From Candidatus Bathyarchaeota archaeon (GTDB lineage: Archaea; Thermoproteota; Bathyarchaeia; Bathyarchaeales; Bathyarchaeaceae): a DNA stretch of 45,614 nucleotides. The stretch covers positions 1-45,614 of the forward strand of contig CAVOMX010000020.1 of NCBI GenBank assembly GCA_963697165.1. Direction: 5' to 3'. This document shows, piece by piece, positions 30,625 to 41,685 of this stretch (position 1 is the first letter of the stretch; each line of letters opens with the position of its first letter). The notes beneath the pieces were generated by a model that was not told the DNA's origin, ran no database searches, and saw nothing but the letters and a program-made list of their open reading frames with translations. Position numbers and translations under genes: made by a program.

Positions 30625-31260
30625 ATGAGAAAAATGAGCAAAAGAAACCAAGAATCCAGCCTAGGAAACAATCTGGAGTTCGAAATTCCATCATGGAACC
30701 AAATTTACAGTTTACTCCTAAAACTTTCTGAAAAAATACGAAAGAGCGGGTTTGAACCTGACATAATAGTGGGCGTTTCCAGAGGCGGTTGGATTCCAGC
30801 TCGAATAATGTCTGACCTGCTCGAAAATTCTAAACTAGCTAACGTAACAACAGAGTTTTACGTGGGAGTCGCCAAAACCAAATCTGAACCGACAATTACG
30901 CAGCCAGTCTCTTTTCCAGTTAAGGACAAGAAGGTTCTGGTTGTTGACGATTTGGCGGACACAGGCGAGAGCCTCAAACTTGTAAACTTGCATCTGAAAA
31001 AGCAGGGCGCATCAGAAATCAAGATTGCAACAATCTATTACAAACCGTGGAGCATCATAGTTCCGCATTACTACGAAAAACAAACACGATACTGGATAGT
31101 TTTTCCGTGGGAACAAAAAGAAACAGTTAGAAAAACCGTGGAAAAAACAAGAGGTGAAAACGGACCAATGGAATATGCTAAAGAAAAATTAATCAGTTCA
31201 GGGCTAGACAGAAAAATCGTAGAACAATTCATTAAAGAGATTGCCGAGGAAAAACAATGA
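30625..31260 (+). CDS. Purine phosphoribosyltransferase (HGXPRT type)
   Basis: VGVSRGGW, VLVVDDLADTGESL, WIVFPWE. Confidence 0.9.
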   Translation: MRKMSKRNQESSLGNNLEFEIPSWNQIYSLLLKLSEKIRKSGFEPDIIVGVSRGGWIPARIMSDLLENSKLANVTTEFYVGVAKTKSEPTITQPVSFPVKDKKVLVVDDLADTGESLKLVNLHLKKQGASEIKIATIYYKPWSIIVPHYYEKQTRYWIVFPWEQKETVRKTVEKTRGENGPMEYAKEKLISSGLDRKIVEQFIKEIAEEKQ

Positions 31261-31823
31261 CAAAAAAATTTGAAAAAACTAACGAAAACATCGCCATAGT
31301 CGGCTTCAGCAACGTAAAGATAGAGAATACAAACACATTCCTAGAACACTTCAGGAAAGAAAACAAAGAAGCACCCATCCAGTTCTTTGACGCTAGACAC
31401 GTAGCAGGTCACCAGCACATGTATTTTGCAGCCATAAACGCGTTGAATGCCTTCAAAAAAAAGAGTAACATATCAAACAGCCTCGCCGTTGAAGCACTCC
31501 TTTACGCTTCTGCCCAAAGGCAGATAAAAAAAGCTGTAAAAATGTTGGGAATCAAAAAAAACACTTCAGAAGTAGCAGCACTAATAATGTCAAAAAACAG
31601 CCATGAAAAGGAAAAATACCTATGCTTAGTTACTGAAACAATCCCCGGCGAACGTAATGACAATGTCCTAGAATTAACAGATAAAAAAATTAAAGATATA
31701 AAAAAATTGTTCGACATTTCTGACCTTGAATTCAAGGCTAAACTGAAAAAAGAGGGGCTAGAAAAAGAGACATTAACCGATCTTGTTATTGAACGCATGG
31801 CACTTCTAGTCACCAAGAGCTAA
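31257..31823 (+). CDS. cgi121: KEOPS subunit Cgi121
   Basis: QFFDA, HMYFAAINA, SLAVEALLYASAQRQIKKAV, LVIERMALL. Confidence 0.9.
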   Translation: MTKKFEKTNENIAIVGFSNVKIENTNTFLEHFRKENKEAPIQFFDARHVAGHQHMYFAAINALNAFKKKSNISNSLAVEALLYASAQRQIKKAVKMLGIKKNTSEVAALIMSKNSHEKEKYLCLVTETIPGERNDNVLELTDKKIKDIKKLFDISDLEFKAKLKKEGLEKETLTDLVIERMALLVTKS

Positions 31824-32423
31824 AGCATCTAAAATCATCTTTAGACTTATTGGACCCTCCCGAAGAATTCTTGGCTTATCTGAAGTCAAATCAGCCACAG
31901 TTGACGGCATCCCCTGAACTGCAGGTCCACCGTCAAGAACCACATCTACCATTTGCTTCAATTCATCAGATATTTCATGAACATTTCGCGGAGGCTCTTC
32001 TCCCGTTCTGTTGGCACTTGACCCAATCAGAAGACCGCCAGACAAACGAATCAAACGAAGAGCCACATCATGGTCGGGTATTCTCAAACCAATAGAATCC
32101 GAACCAAAAGTAACAACATCAGGAAAAGTAGGCTTCTTGGAAAAAACAAATGTGAGAGACCCGGGCCAGAACTTTGCAGCTAACCGTTTCCCGTTCTGAG
32201 AGACAAAAGCCACATTCTCAACATCAGTTATGCTTGCCGCCAACACAGGCAGAGGCTTACTTCTATTGGCTTTAACATACAAAAGGTGCTTCACAGCGTC
32301 GACGTTAAAGGGGTCGCATCCTAACCCGTAGACAGTTTCTGTTGGATAAATTACTAAACCGCCATTTCTCACAACCTGAGCGGCAACAATAATATTCTTT
32401 TTCGTTGCTTTCAGAATGGTCAT
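31806..32423 (-). CDS. tsaC: Threonylcarbamoyl-AMP synthase (YrdC/TsaC domain only)
   Basis: YPTETVYGLGCD, FWPG, RIPDH, SSANRTG, PSTV, ILREG; 205 aa. Confidence 0.92.
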   Translation of the reverse strand: MTILKATKKNIIVAAQVVRNGGLVIYPTETVYGLGCDPFNVDAVKHLLYVKANRSKPLPVLAASITDVENVAFVSQNGKRLAAKFWPGSLTFVFSKKPTFPDVVTFGSDSIGLRIPDHDVALRLIRLSGGLLIGSSANRTGEEPPRNVHEISDELKQMVDVVLDGGPAVQGMPSTVADLTSDKPRILREGPISLKMILDALALGD

Positions 32424-32987
32424 GTTGTCTTCAAATCAAATAGTAACAAGCATCTATTAATGTTCTACCCAATCTCTCCGATGCTACAAGATACGTTAAC
32501 AATAATACTTAACAAATAATCGGCTACTTGAGTTCTGGTCGCCTTCAGCAATAATAAAAGTATTGTTAATTGCTAAACTGAAAATTGGTATAGAATTCGA
32601 GGAAACAGTCACTGAAATTGGCGCGTTTTATGTAATGAAAGATGCATGAAATCGTGAATTTACTCTTGCGCGAAGCCTTGTTTGTTGTTTTTGTAGTTTT
32701 TAGTGCTAGAAACGATCATCACTCATCAACGAGTGAAGTATATCAATTGTTCAAAATATAAGGTTTTGCACTTTTCGCTCTTTTTGTCATAAGCATGTAG
32801 AAAGCATAATTCGAGAAATCTGGTTGTTTTTTATTTTGTATTCGCTACAAAAAACTTCATTTAGATGTTGAAAAAAAGAAAAAATCAAAGTAAACTCTCT
32901 AACGATCATTCTCTAATGGATATAGCCATCGCTGAAAGACCATAAGACAAAAAATGGAGAAAAAAATTGGCTGATTATTTTTAGGTT

Positions 32988-33695
32988 CTATCTTGCTCTT
33001 GATTTAACTCTAGGTTCGAGGAGTGTCCAGAGCCAGTCTACGAATTCGCGCAGGTTTTTGGTTTGTATATAAACGTCTCCGGGACCTCTTATTTCCGTAA
33101 CTAGTCCTTCGCCGCCGAGTAGAGTAGATTTTAGTCCTCCGAATTTTTTGACTTTATAGTCGCAACTATCGCTGAATGCAACGAGATGAAAGTTGTCGAC
33201 AATTAATGTTTTGTCTGCGTCTAAGGTGTGTTTGTCGATTGCTCCAAAAGTGTTAATGAACAGTTTTCCTTCTCCTTTGGCTTTTATCATGAAGAGTCCC
33301 TGTCCGAAAAGACCTTTTGTGAATCCTTGCCATTTCATGTCCAAGTCGACGTTTTGGGTGGATGCAATATAGGAAGCAGATTGTATGATGTAGCCTTGGT
33401 TTGGCTTGACTTCCAGTATTTCAATGTCGCCAACGGGAGCAGAAACAAATGCAACTTCCCCGGGGGTGCTTTGTGCCTGGTAATCATTTACAAAGAAGGA
33501 TTGTCGTCCCAAGAGTGAGAGACCCAATGTGCCTAAGAGGCTCTTTTCTCGTTTGCGTGTGTTTACATTTATGTTGGGTTCCATGTAAGTCATGGCGCCG
33601 GCTTCTGCAGTGACAGTTTCGTTTGGTTCCAACTTTACAACAAGCATCGAATAAGAGGGCTTGTACTTAATTTCATAATCCAAGTTTTGATTCAC
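32988..33695 (-). CDS. AIM24/TIGR00266 family protein
   Basis: AEAGAM, SFFVNDY, IVDNFHLVAF, GGEGLV, GPGDVYIQT. Confidence 0.9.
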   Translation of the reverse strand: MNQNLDYEIKYKPSYSMLVVKLEPNETVTAEAGAMTYMEPNINVNTRKREKSLLGTLGLSLLGRQSFFVNDYQAQSTPGEVAFVSAPVGDIEILEVKPNQGYIIQSASYIASTQNVDLDMKWQGFTKGLFGQGLFMIKAKGEGKLFINTFGAIDKHTLDADKTLIVDNFHLVAFSDSCDYKVKKFGGLKSTLLGGEGLVTEIRGPGDVYIQTKNLREFVDWLWTLLEPRVKSRAR

Positions 33696-33897
33696 CGCCT
33701 AATTTCTATTAAAATCTATTTTATACAAATAGATAACTAAATCTGTATGCTATCAAGATTTAAAATTATCTTCAAAACAGATTTTCTTGAGTCGTGAACA
33801 GTAACTTATTTTCGATTAAACATAATATTTATCGAATGTTTTCTGAGCAGCAAATTATTATTCTTCATCTTTTATTTTACGTTACAAAGGGTATTGA

Positions 33898-35694
33898 TTG
33901 AAGATGGTTCGAATAGCGGTTCTCGACGAAGAAAGATGCGAATCCAAACGTTGTGGTAGAGTATGCTATCGCTTCTGTCCGCCAGTAAGAAACAAGATTG
34001 AAGCGATAGTGTTTGAAGGAGACACACCACAAATCGTAGAAAGCCTATGCGTAGGATGTGGCATATGCGTTAGGAAATGCCCATTCAAAGCAATCTCCAT
34101 CGTCAACTTGGCGGACGAACTGGAGGAAGATTGTAGTCACAGGTTTGGACCAAACACATTCAAACTCTTTCGCCTCCCAACACCATCCTCAGGAGTAGTT
34201 CTAGGACTTTTAGGCCAAAATGGTATAGGAAAAACAACTGCACTTCACATTCTTTCCGGAGAAATCAAACCGAACCTAGGACAATATGATGAGCCACCAG
34301 ATTGGACGCAACTGATTCAACATTTTCGAGGCTCAACTCTACAGGAATATTTCCAGAGATTAAGCGAAGGAACCCTGAAGGTTGTACACAAACCCCAGTA
34401 TGTAGACAGGATATCTCGGGTTGTCTCTGGTAAGGTAGGGGAACTTCTTGAAAAAGTCGACGAACGGGACAAGCTGAACCAGCTAGCCGAACAGCTTCAG
34501 CTAAAAACCGTCTGGAACAGAAACCTGAAAGTTTTGAGCGGGGGAGAACTCCAGAGAGTGGCTGTAGCTGCATCTATCTGCCGAGAAGCAGACGTTTACC
34601 TCTTCGATGAGCCTTCCAGCTACTTAGATGTAAAGCAGAGGCTGCAGGTCGCGAAGACTATTCGTTCCCTCAAAGATGAGGACAAAACAGTTATTGTTGC
34701 AGAGCACGACTTGGCGATTCTAGATTATCTGTCTGATCAAATCTGCGTTTTTTATGGCGATCCCGGAGTTTATGGGGTAATCTCTCACGTTCACGGAGTA
34801 CGAGTTGGAATAAACATTTACCTTGAAGGCTATATTCCAGACGAGAACATGCGATTCAGAAAAGAACCCATAATATTTCACGTTAAGCCTCCGGTAGCGG
34901 GGTTGACGGTGGGTGAACCACTGCTTCAGTGGAGCGAAATCAAGAAGTCTTTCGGTGATTTTGAGTTTAAAGCGGCTCCGGGAGAGGTGAAAAGGGGCGA
35001 AGTTGTTGGAATATTTGGACCCAACGGGATTGGAAAAACTACATTCGTTAAGCTAATTGCTGGAATTGAGCAGTCTGATTCTGGAGAAACATCCAAGGTG
35101 GATGACCTGAAAGTAAGCTATAAACCTCAATACATTTCGCCGCAGTATAATGGAACTGTTGAAGAACTGCTGAAAGAGACCGCTGACAAAGATTTTGGAA
35201 CAAGCTTGTATCACAGTCAGATTCTGCAGCCCCTCAAAATGCAGGTTCTCCTTGACCGAGAAATAAATGAGCTTAGCGGAGGGGAACTTCAAAGAGTCGC
35301 CATTGCTGCGTGCCTATCTCGATCAGCAGAGTTGTATCTTCTCGATGAACCAAGCGCATATTTGGACGTTGAAGATAGGCTCTCTGTGGCTCGAACGATT
35401 CGGCGGGTAATAGAAAACAGAAAAGTAACAGCTTTAGTGGTGGAGCATGATGTGGTGGCACAAGATTTCATAGCTGATCGCCTCATGATTTTCGCTGGAG
35501 AACCTGGACTTCGCGGCTTTGCAAATCCACCAACAGATCTTCGTAACGGCATGAACAGCTTTCTCAAGGACATGACTATCACATTCAGGAGAGATCCTCA
35601 AACGAAACGCCCAAGAGTGAACAAGGAAGGCTCTAGGCTAGACCGAGAACAGAAAGAGATGGGCGAATATTACTACATAAGCACTGAGGATTAG
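33898..35694 (+). CDS. rli1: ABCE1/RLI1 ribosome recycling ATPase
   Basis: N-terminal Fe-S cysteines, two ABC domains with LSGGELQR, RPRVNKEGSRLDREQK. Confidence 0.97.
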   Translation: MKMVRIAVLDEERCESKRCGRVCYRFCPPVRNKIEAIVFEGDTPQIVESLCVGCGICVRKCPFKAISIVNLADELEEDCSHRFGPNTFKLFRLPTPSSGVVLGLLGQNGIGKTTALHILSGEIKPNLGQYDEPPDWTQLIQHFRGSTLQEYFQRLSEGTLKVVHKPQYVDRISRVVSGKVGELLEKVDERDKLNQLAEQLQLKTVWNRNLKVLSGGELQRVAVAASICREADVYLFDEPSSYLDVKQRLQVAKTIRSLKDEDKTVIVAEHDLAILDYLSDQICVFYGDPGVYGVISHVHGVRVGINIYLEGYIPDENMRFRKEPIIFHVKPPVAGLTVGEPLLQWSEIKKSFGDFEFKAAPGEVKRGEVVGIFGPNGIGKTTFVKLIAGIEQSDSGETSKVDDLKVSYKPQYISPQYNGTVEELLKETADKDFGTSLYHSQILQPLKMQVLLDREINELSGGELQRVAIAACLSRSAELYLLDEPSAYLDVEDRLSVARTIRRVIENRKVTALVVEHDVVAQDFIADRLMIFAGEPGLRGFANPPTDLRNGMNSFLKDMTITFRRDPQTKRPRVNKEGSRLDREQKEMGEYYYISTED

Positions 35695-35930
35695 CGTGTA
35701 GTTATATAATAAAAAAATGGCGTCAGTAAAACAGCTACTGGAGTGGAAAATCTGCGGATTAACACAGACTTTAGAAATGTAACTTTCCTCTTTCTTGGAG
35801 TACATTGCCAAGAATATTAAAACTTGCTAACAGTTTAGCGAAAAAAAATTTGAATGGATTGACAAGGCGAAACCGTAATATTAGAAAGTTAATGAATTAA
35901 TCAGAAATAGGAAAAGGATGGCTTTCTGTT

Positions 35931-36589
35931 ATGGATACAGAAGGTTTCGAATGTCAAGTCATGGACTGGAACTATTTTTACAAGTTAGCTAGGCAAAGTA
36001 GCAGACAAAATTAACAGTTCAGGCTACAAACCAGACATAATAGTTGGTTTAGCACGGGGAGGTTGGGTGTTAGCTCGAGTTCTATGTGATTTTGTGGGCG
36101 TAAAAGACCTTGTCAGCCTAAAAGTTGAGCACTGGGGCGTAACAGCAACACCAGACGGAACAGCCAAACTGAAACACCCCTTAAATGTTGACTTGACTGG
36201 AAAAAAGGTCTTAGTTGTTGACGACATCACAGATACCGGCGAAAGCATGCGTGTAACAGTTGATTACATTAAATCTTTGAATCCATCAGAAGTCCGAACT
36301 GCTGCTCTACAACATCTAACCTGCGCCAAGTTTAAGGCAGACTACGTTGGCGAAGAGTTACCGTGGCGCTGGGTAATATTCCCGTGGAACTTCATAGAAG
36401 ACATGTGTACCATTGTTCCGAAAGTATGTGCACGATCTAAAAATGAGTCCTGACGGCGACGTTGACGTTACACAAATAAAAAATGAACTAAAACAATTAC
36501 ATACGATTGACATAACTGAAGAAACAGTAGCAGATATTCTGCAAGAGATTAAACGACGAAATCTCATTCAGGACAACACAAAGAAATAA
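35931..36589 (+). CDS. Second phosphoribosyltransferase (frameshifts near 35997 and 36437)
   Basis: IVGLARGGWV, LVVDDITDTGES, WVIFPWN; joined frames. Confidence 0.85.
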
Positions 36590-36625
36590 TTTTGGATTTA
36601 GCACCAAAAACACACAATTCTTCCG

Positions 36626-37424
36626 TTACATCAGGGCATCTTTCAGTGCTGAGCCACAACCACAATCTCTAGTTTTTGGTATTTGTGGAATAGCGTCTAG
36701 AATCAGTTTTTTCAAGTCTTCGTTACTCTTGACGCGCTTTTTCGATTACCTCTTTTGTAGACACTGGACTTTCAGCCCACACATCATAGTCAGTAACTAT
36801 AGAGATTGAGACGTAACACAGTTCTGCTTCCCTAGCCAAAACACACTCGGGATAAATGGTCATTCCCACTACATCCGCTTTCCACATCTGAAAAAGTCTG
36901 GACTCTGCTCTAGTTGAAAACCGTGGACCTTCAATACAAACGTATGTCCCACTTTTTTTAACATCTAATCCAAGCCGCTTAGCAACATCGATGAAAAATG
37001 GTCGAAGCTGTTCACAGAAGGGATCTGCCGCGGATATGTGACAGACTTGTCCTCCCTCATAAAAAGTGTCTAATCGTTTTTTTGTTCGGTCAATAAACTG
37101 GTCTGGAACAACAAAAGTTCCTGGACCATAATCCTCCCGTAGACTTCCTACTGCTGCTGAAGCAATTATTCTTTTTACGCCTAACTGTTTTAGCGCCCAC
37201 ACGTTAGCCCGATAGTTAACTCGATGAGGAGGAATTGTATGGTTTTTACCATGCCGGGGGATAAATGCCACATTAACATTCTTGTAAACGCCAACAGAAA
37301 CGAGGTCTGATGTTTCACCAAAAGGAGTGAAAAACTTAATCTCTTTTATATCTTCAAAATTTTCTTGGTCATAGACGCCTGTTCCGCCTATGATTCCGAT
37401 CTCAGCAGTTTCTGTTATAGCCAT
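36626..37424 (-). CDS. mtnP: 5'-methylthioadenosine phosphorylase (frameshift near 36730)
   Basis: [30 protein letters not shown]; tail [14 protein letters not shown] in the next frame. Confidence 0.92.
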
Positions 37425-37571
37425 AATAACACTTCCCAAATTATCTTAAATGTAATAACATCATGAATTCATTTAAAAAGAACTCCGTCGTTCGAACCGT
37501 TAATTTTGTGTTATGTTATACGTAACAGTTATCTTTCTTTATTCACAGTTACATTATTTGAGGTCCATAAT

Positions 37572-38030
37572 TTGACGAATACACTCAAGCTGCTTATAGT
37601 TTATTACAGCCAAACAGGCAACACCGAGAAGATGGCAAGGGCGATCGAAAATGGAGCAAAGTCTGTTGTGGGAATTGATGTGGAACTGAAATATTTTGTT
37701 AAACCAGAGGAACTTGCAGAGGCTGATGCAATAATTCTTGGGATGCCCACATACTACCATGACATAGGAATAGACATTAAGAATTTACTAGAAGGGGCGT
37801 CTAAGGAAGGGATAAATCTAAAAGGTAAGGTTGGAGCAGCGTTTGGTTCTTATGGTTGGAGCGGAGAAGCGCCTAACATGTTGTTGGAGATAATGAAGAA
37901 CCGATTTCAAATGGATGTCGTGGAACCTGCTTTACGCATAAAATATAACCCAGACAAGAAAGGTTTAGAAGAGTGCCATAAACTGGGAAAAACTGTTGCT
38001 GAAAAAATGTTGAAAACTAGTTTGAATTAA
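37572..38030 (+). CDS. Flavodoxin-domain protein
   Basis: YYSQTGNTEKMA, LGMPTY, AFGSYGWSGEA. Confidence 0.9.
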   Translation: MTNTLKLLIVYYSQTGNTEKMARAIENGAKSVVGIDVELKYFVKPEELAEADAIILGMPTYYHDIGIDIKNLLEGASKEGINLKGKVGAAFGSYGWSGEAPNMLLEIMKNRFQMDVVEPALRIKYNPDKKGLEECHKLGKTVAEKMLKTSLN

Positions 38031-38274
38031 AAGATGTTAACGGCGTCCTACTTTTGAGACATATTGAGATGCAGGTAGCCACGGCATACCAAATTGTGGA
38101 TATATAGATTCAATAGAGATATATATACTATTTTAGAAAAATATTTAGATTTAATTGAGTATGTTTAAATTGTACATAACGTAAAAGGAAGACAAGGTGA
38201 ATTTTTTAGCTTCGTGACACAGCACAAACAACGTATATTTGTGTTTTGTCATAAACGCATATTGGAGGTGAAAA

Positions 38275-39243
38275 ATGAATATGGAAAATGAAAATAGATA
38301 CCAGTTTAATACCTCATTTGGGTTACTTGGATATGTAATAATTATAGTAACAGTATTGATAGCGATTTTTGCAGCAGTCTTCTTCTTAACCATGTGGGTC
38401 AGCGTTCCGGTAGGCAATGCAGTTATAATGGTCGACCCTCTGGGCGGCACAATCAGCGAACCAGTCCTAGGTCCAACTTATGCAACTAAGGCTCCATGGG
38501 TCAATGCCGTCCAGATCACAGTTTCCGTGGACAGCTTGGGAATGTGGGGTGATGGAACCGATCGCACCGCAGACTTTCCAACAGTTAAAAGTTTTTCGAA
38601 AGACCAGCTGGAGATGGAAATCGACGTCACCATAAGGTGGAAGCTTGATACCGCAAAACTTAGTGCCTTGTATGAGAATCTCCCCCAAAAGAACTGGAAA
38701 AAGGATATCATATCGTCTATCACTAGAGAACAGATCAGAATAGTCACGAAAGACTTCAGCACAATTGAGACGATAGACCAGAGAGATTTTGTGGCTCAAA
38801 GCATGCGGGATGCTGTCTGGAACAAAATTAGCACATCACCGACTCTCGCTGGAGCGATAACAAACTTCGAATTTGAGCTTAGAAACATAGGATACCCAGA
38901 CACGTATACAATATCAATCGAAGAAAAACTGGTTGCTGAACAGCAGAAGATTCAGGCAGACTTTGAAAGACAAATAGTAGTAATTGAAGCCACTGCGACT
39001 GCCGAGAAAATAACAATTGAAGCAGCAGCAAACGCAAATGCAACAGTTATTGAAGCGAATGCAACAAGAGAGGCTATAGAGCTTGTTCTTGAGGCTGCAG
39101 GTGCATCAGGTAACGACACTAGGCTGGCAGAACTTTACCTTACGGTGCAGACTCTCAAGCAGATAGCTCCGGACATTGACATACTGATAATGGCTCCTGA
39201 CGGAACGCCTATACTGTTACCATCAACAAATACGGGAGAATAA
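38275..39243 (+). CDS. SPFH/prohibitin family membrane protein
   Basis: N-terminal TM, KAPW, SKDQLEMEIDVTIRW, SIEEKLVAEQ, AEA-type coiled coil; GGAGGTGA RBS. Confidence 0.88.
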   Translation: MNMENENRYQFNTSFGLLGYVIIIVTVLIAIFAAVFFLTMWVSVPVGNAVIMVDPLGGTISEPVLGPTYATKAPWVNAVQITVSVDSLGMWGDGTDRTADFPTVKSFSKDQLEMEIDVTIRWKLDTAKLSALYENLPQKNWKKDIISSITREQIRIVTKDFSTIETIDQRDFVAQSMRDAVWNKISTSPTLAGAITNFEFELRNIGYPDTYTISIEEKLVAEQQKIQADFERQIVVIEATATAEKITIEAAANANATVIEANATREAIELVLEAAGASGNDTRLAELYLTVQTLKQIAPDIDILIMAPDGTPILLPSTNTGE

Positions 39244-39254
39244 GCCACAAACAA

Positions 39255-39278
39255 TCCCCCTTTCTCTATTTTTCTTTA
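39255..39278 (+). terminator. Pyrimidine/T-rich archaeal terminator-like tract
   Basis: tccccctttctctatttttcttt right after the SPFH stop codon. Confidence 0.4.
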
Positions 39279-39321
39279 AAATAACAGTGCCGTTAACAAA
39301 AACAGGCTACACAATAAAAGA

Positions 39322-39771
39322 CTAGCTATTTTTTGCAGATTTTCTCATCAATTGACTCGCGCAGGTCTTCAACTTCCCATAAGCCTCCTCCGAGCTTCCA
39401 GAAGCAATAGCCACTTTTTCGAAGGGGCACACATCATTTTTGCTGCGGTTCAGGATGTTTGAAACTTTCTTGTCAAACAGGCATACAATATTGTTGTCTT
39501 TAAGAACCCTGATTCCCCCCTCACTAACGGTCAACGCAAACACAGAAGATACTCCAGAGTAGACACAGAGCATCGCCGCTGCCAATCCAACAATTTTATC
39601 AGCTACTGAGGCTTCAACCAAATTTCGGTTCAGTGTCTCGATGGCTTGCAGAAAACCACTTACACCTTGATTTCTGGTTTCAAAGACCACTTTTCCATTC
39701 TTCACAATCACTAGACTAAGGTCTTCCTCTATTAGCTTCAGTTTGGCAAGCGCTAAGTCTTGATCTTTCAT
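39322..39771 (-). CDS. DUF1893 (TM1506-like) protein
   Basis: VADKIVGLAAAML, ILNRSKNDVCPFEK. Confidence 0.85.
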   Translation of the reverse strand: MKDQDLALAKLKLIEEDLSLVIVKNGKVVFETRNQGVSGFLQAIETLNRNLVEASVADKIVGLAAAMLCVYSGVSSVFALTVSEGGIRVLKDNNIVCLFDKKVSNILNRSKNDVCPFEKVAIASGSSEEAYGKLKTCASQLMRKSAKNS

Positions 39772-39970
39772 ATTAATCACCAACTAAACAGTGAAAAGCC
39801 CAGAAAAACGTTTACATCCACATTATTGTGAAGTTTCTATTCAGCCACAATTTCACTAATTTTGATGGTATTACAATTACAAATCAGAGGTCTTCTTTTT
39901 GGAGTAACACACATAAATCATGAAATAGACTTTATTCTTCGGGATAAAATCTAACCGGAGATAGAACTCT

Positions 39971-40537
39971 TTGGGCTTCTTCAAAATGTTTAAGAAACCA
40001 CAAACTGCAGTCAAACTTGAGATTGAAAAAAGAACAATAGCGCTGGGAGCAAACACAAGCGGAACAATTACAGTTTCATCCAAAGAAGAATTTGACGCCA
40101 CAGAAATAAGAGCCGAGCTCCGATGCATCGAAAAAAGGAGACGCGAAAGGTGGGTCTACAATGAGCGTCTTCGACGCGATGTGCGACATGTATACTGGGA
40201 TTCAGCGACGCTTCTTTCAGATGATTTGAAGGCAAGCGTTCCAATGCACATTGTACCTGGATTCAAAAAGATATTCCCAATCAAAGTTAATATTCCTGCA
40301 AGTGGACGTGAAACATTAGATGGTATAGATGCGAACGTTTCATGGTTCATCAAGGGAGTGGTGTGTGTAGATGGTCGTCCTGATGCTACTAGCGAAACAA
40401 TCGAACTTCAGGTAATCAGGGCTGCAACGACAGTAATCAAAGAAGAGGTCGAGATGGTGCCCTGTGAATATTGTAAAGCTTTGATGCCTGCTACTTCGAG
40501 TTCTTGTCCTATCTGTGGTGCACCCAGAAAGAGTTGA
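39971..40537 (+). CDS. Arrestin-N/Spo0M-like protein with C-terminal zinc ribbon
   Basis: Beta-sandwich pattern (SGTITV..EIRAELRC..FPIKVNIP..VSWFIKG..GRPD) and CEYC-x9-CPICG. Confidence 0.7.
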   Translation: MGFFKMFKKPQTAVKLEIEKRTIALGANTSGTITVSSKEEFDATEIRAELRCIEKRRRERWVYNERLRRDVRHVYWDSATLLSDDLKASVPMHIVPGFKKIFPIKVNIPASGRETLDGIDANVSWFIKGVVCVDGRPDATSETIELQVIRAATTVIKEEVEMVPCEYCKALMPATSSSCPICGAPRKS

Positions 40538-40638
40538 AGGGAAGAACAGAAAAACGAGAACGAATATTGCAAGTTCAGCAATTCGAGATAGATAAAGGTT
40601 TTATGATTAGTAGGCTAACGGTTTAGTTGGGAGAATAT

Positions 40639-41046
40639 ATGACTAAGATTGTTCGTGTTGGGGTCACTTTTCCGCCAGAACTGCTAAAGGAGTTGGATGA
40701 AACCATTGAAGAGATGGGCTACGAGAGCCGATCGAAGGCTATTCAGGATGCGGTTACGACATTTGTTACTGAGCAGAAGTTACTTCACAAGCAGAAGGGA
40801 AAAAAGGCGGGCGTATTAGTGATGGTTTATGACCATGATGTCAAAGGCTTAGAAGACGAACTTATCGAATCTCAGCACCATCATCGTAATGTTATAAATT
40901 CAGTTCTTCATGTTCACTTAAGCGACAAAGAATGCCTTGAGGCTGTTGCAGTTAAGGGCGACGCAGAAGACATAAGAAAACTTGCACAAGAGCTCGCAAC
41001 CAGAAAAGGAGTAAAACAGGTTAGATCAACCATAGTTAGCCCATAA
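40639..41046 (+). CDS. nikR: Nickel-responsive regulator NikR
   Basis: RHH N-terminus (RVGVTFP...SRSKAIQDA), YDH, HVH, CLE. Confidence 0.93.
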   Translation: MTKIVRVGVTFPPELLKELDETIEEMGYESRSKAIQDAVTTFVTEQKLLHKQKGKKAGVLVMVYDHDVKGLEDELIESQHHHRNVINSVLHVHLSDKECLEAVAVKGDAEDIRKLAQELATRKGVKQVRSTIVSP

Positions 41047-41172
41047 GACAGACACATGCACATGTTTTGTTAACTAGTTTATTTTCTAAACACAATTCTC
41101 TTTAGTTAAGCCACCAAAAACCATTGTATCAGCACATGCCATCCACAATTTAAAACAAAGGTAGTAAACAAA

Positions 41173-41665
41173 ATGGCTGTCAATAACATATCCAGATAAC
41201 AGTTTTAATTGAAGACTCCAAAAAACAGTGATAAACCTAAACTGCAAGCTAAACACGGTCTTTCCTTTTTCATAGCTGGAACAATTGACGACGATAAAGT
41301 TACTGTTATGATGGACACAGGACCATCATCAAACGCAATTCAAAACAATGTTGACACAATGAAAATAAATGTGGATGATGTCGACGTGATTTCACTCAGT
41401 CATGGTCACTACGATCACACAGGAGGCTTGATAGAAGCCCTAAAACAAATGAAAAAATGGGTTCCAGTTATTTGGGCATCCAATGCTTTTCGATCCGAAA
41501 CTCAAGATAATGCCACATCTAAAGCTAATCGGCGCACTTTTCAGGCGCTTTGACGTTGAATATGTTGGCGGCGTATCTCTTCTTGCTACAGGTCCCGTAA
41601 AGATTGCCGACGTATTAGGAGACCGTTGCTGTCCTCTTCACACTGGAGATATAATTGGATTATAA
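41173..41665 (+). pseudogene. MBL-fold metallohydrolase (COG1237-like), frameshifted and internally deleted
   Basis: AKHGLSF, MDTG, LSHGHYDHTGGL, terminal PLHTGDII; middle portion missing. Confidence 0.75.
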
Positions 41666-41685
41666 ATTTACACATACACTAGAAA

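Noticed and set aside
32430..32980. Long intergenic region as possible ncRNA or replication origin
   Set aside because: No ORB-like repeats, no cdc6 nearby, and no stable GC-rich structure visible.
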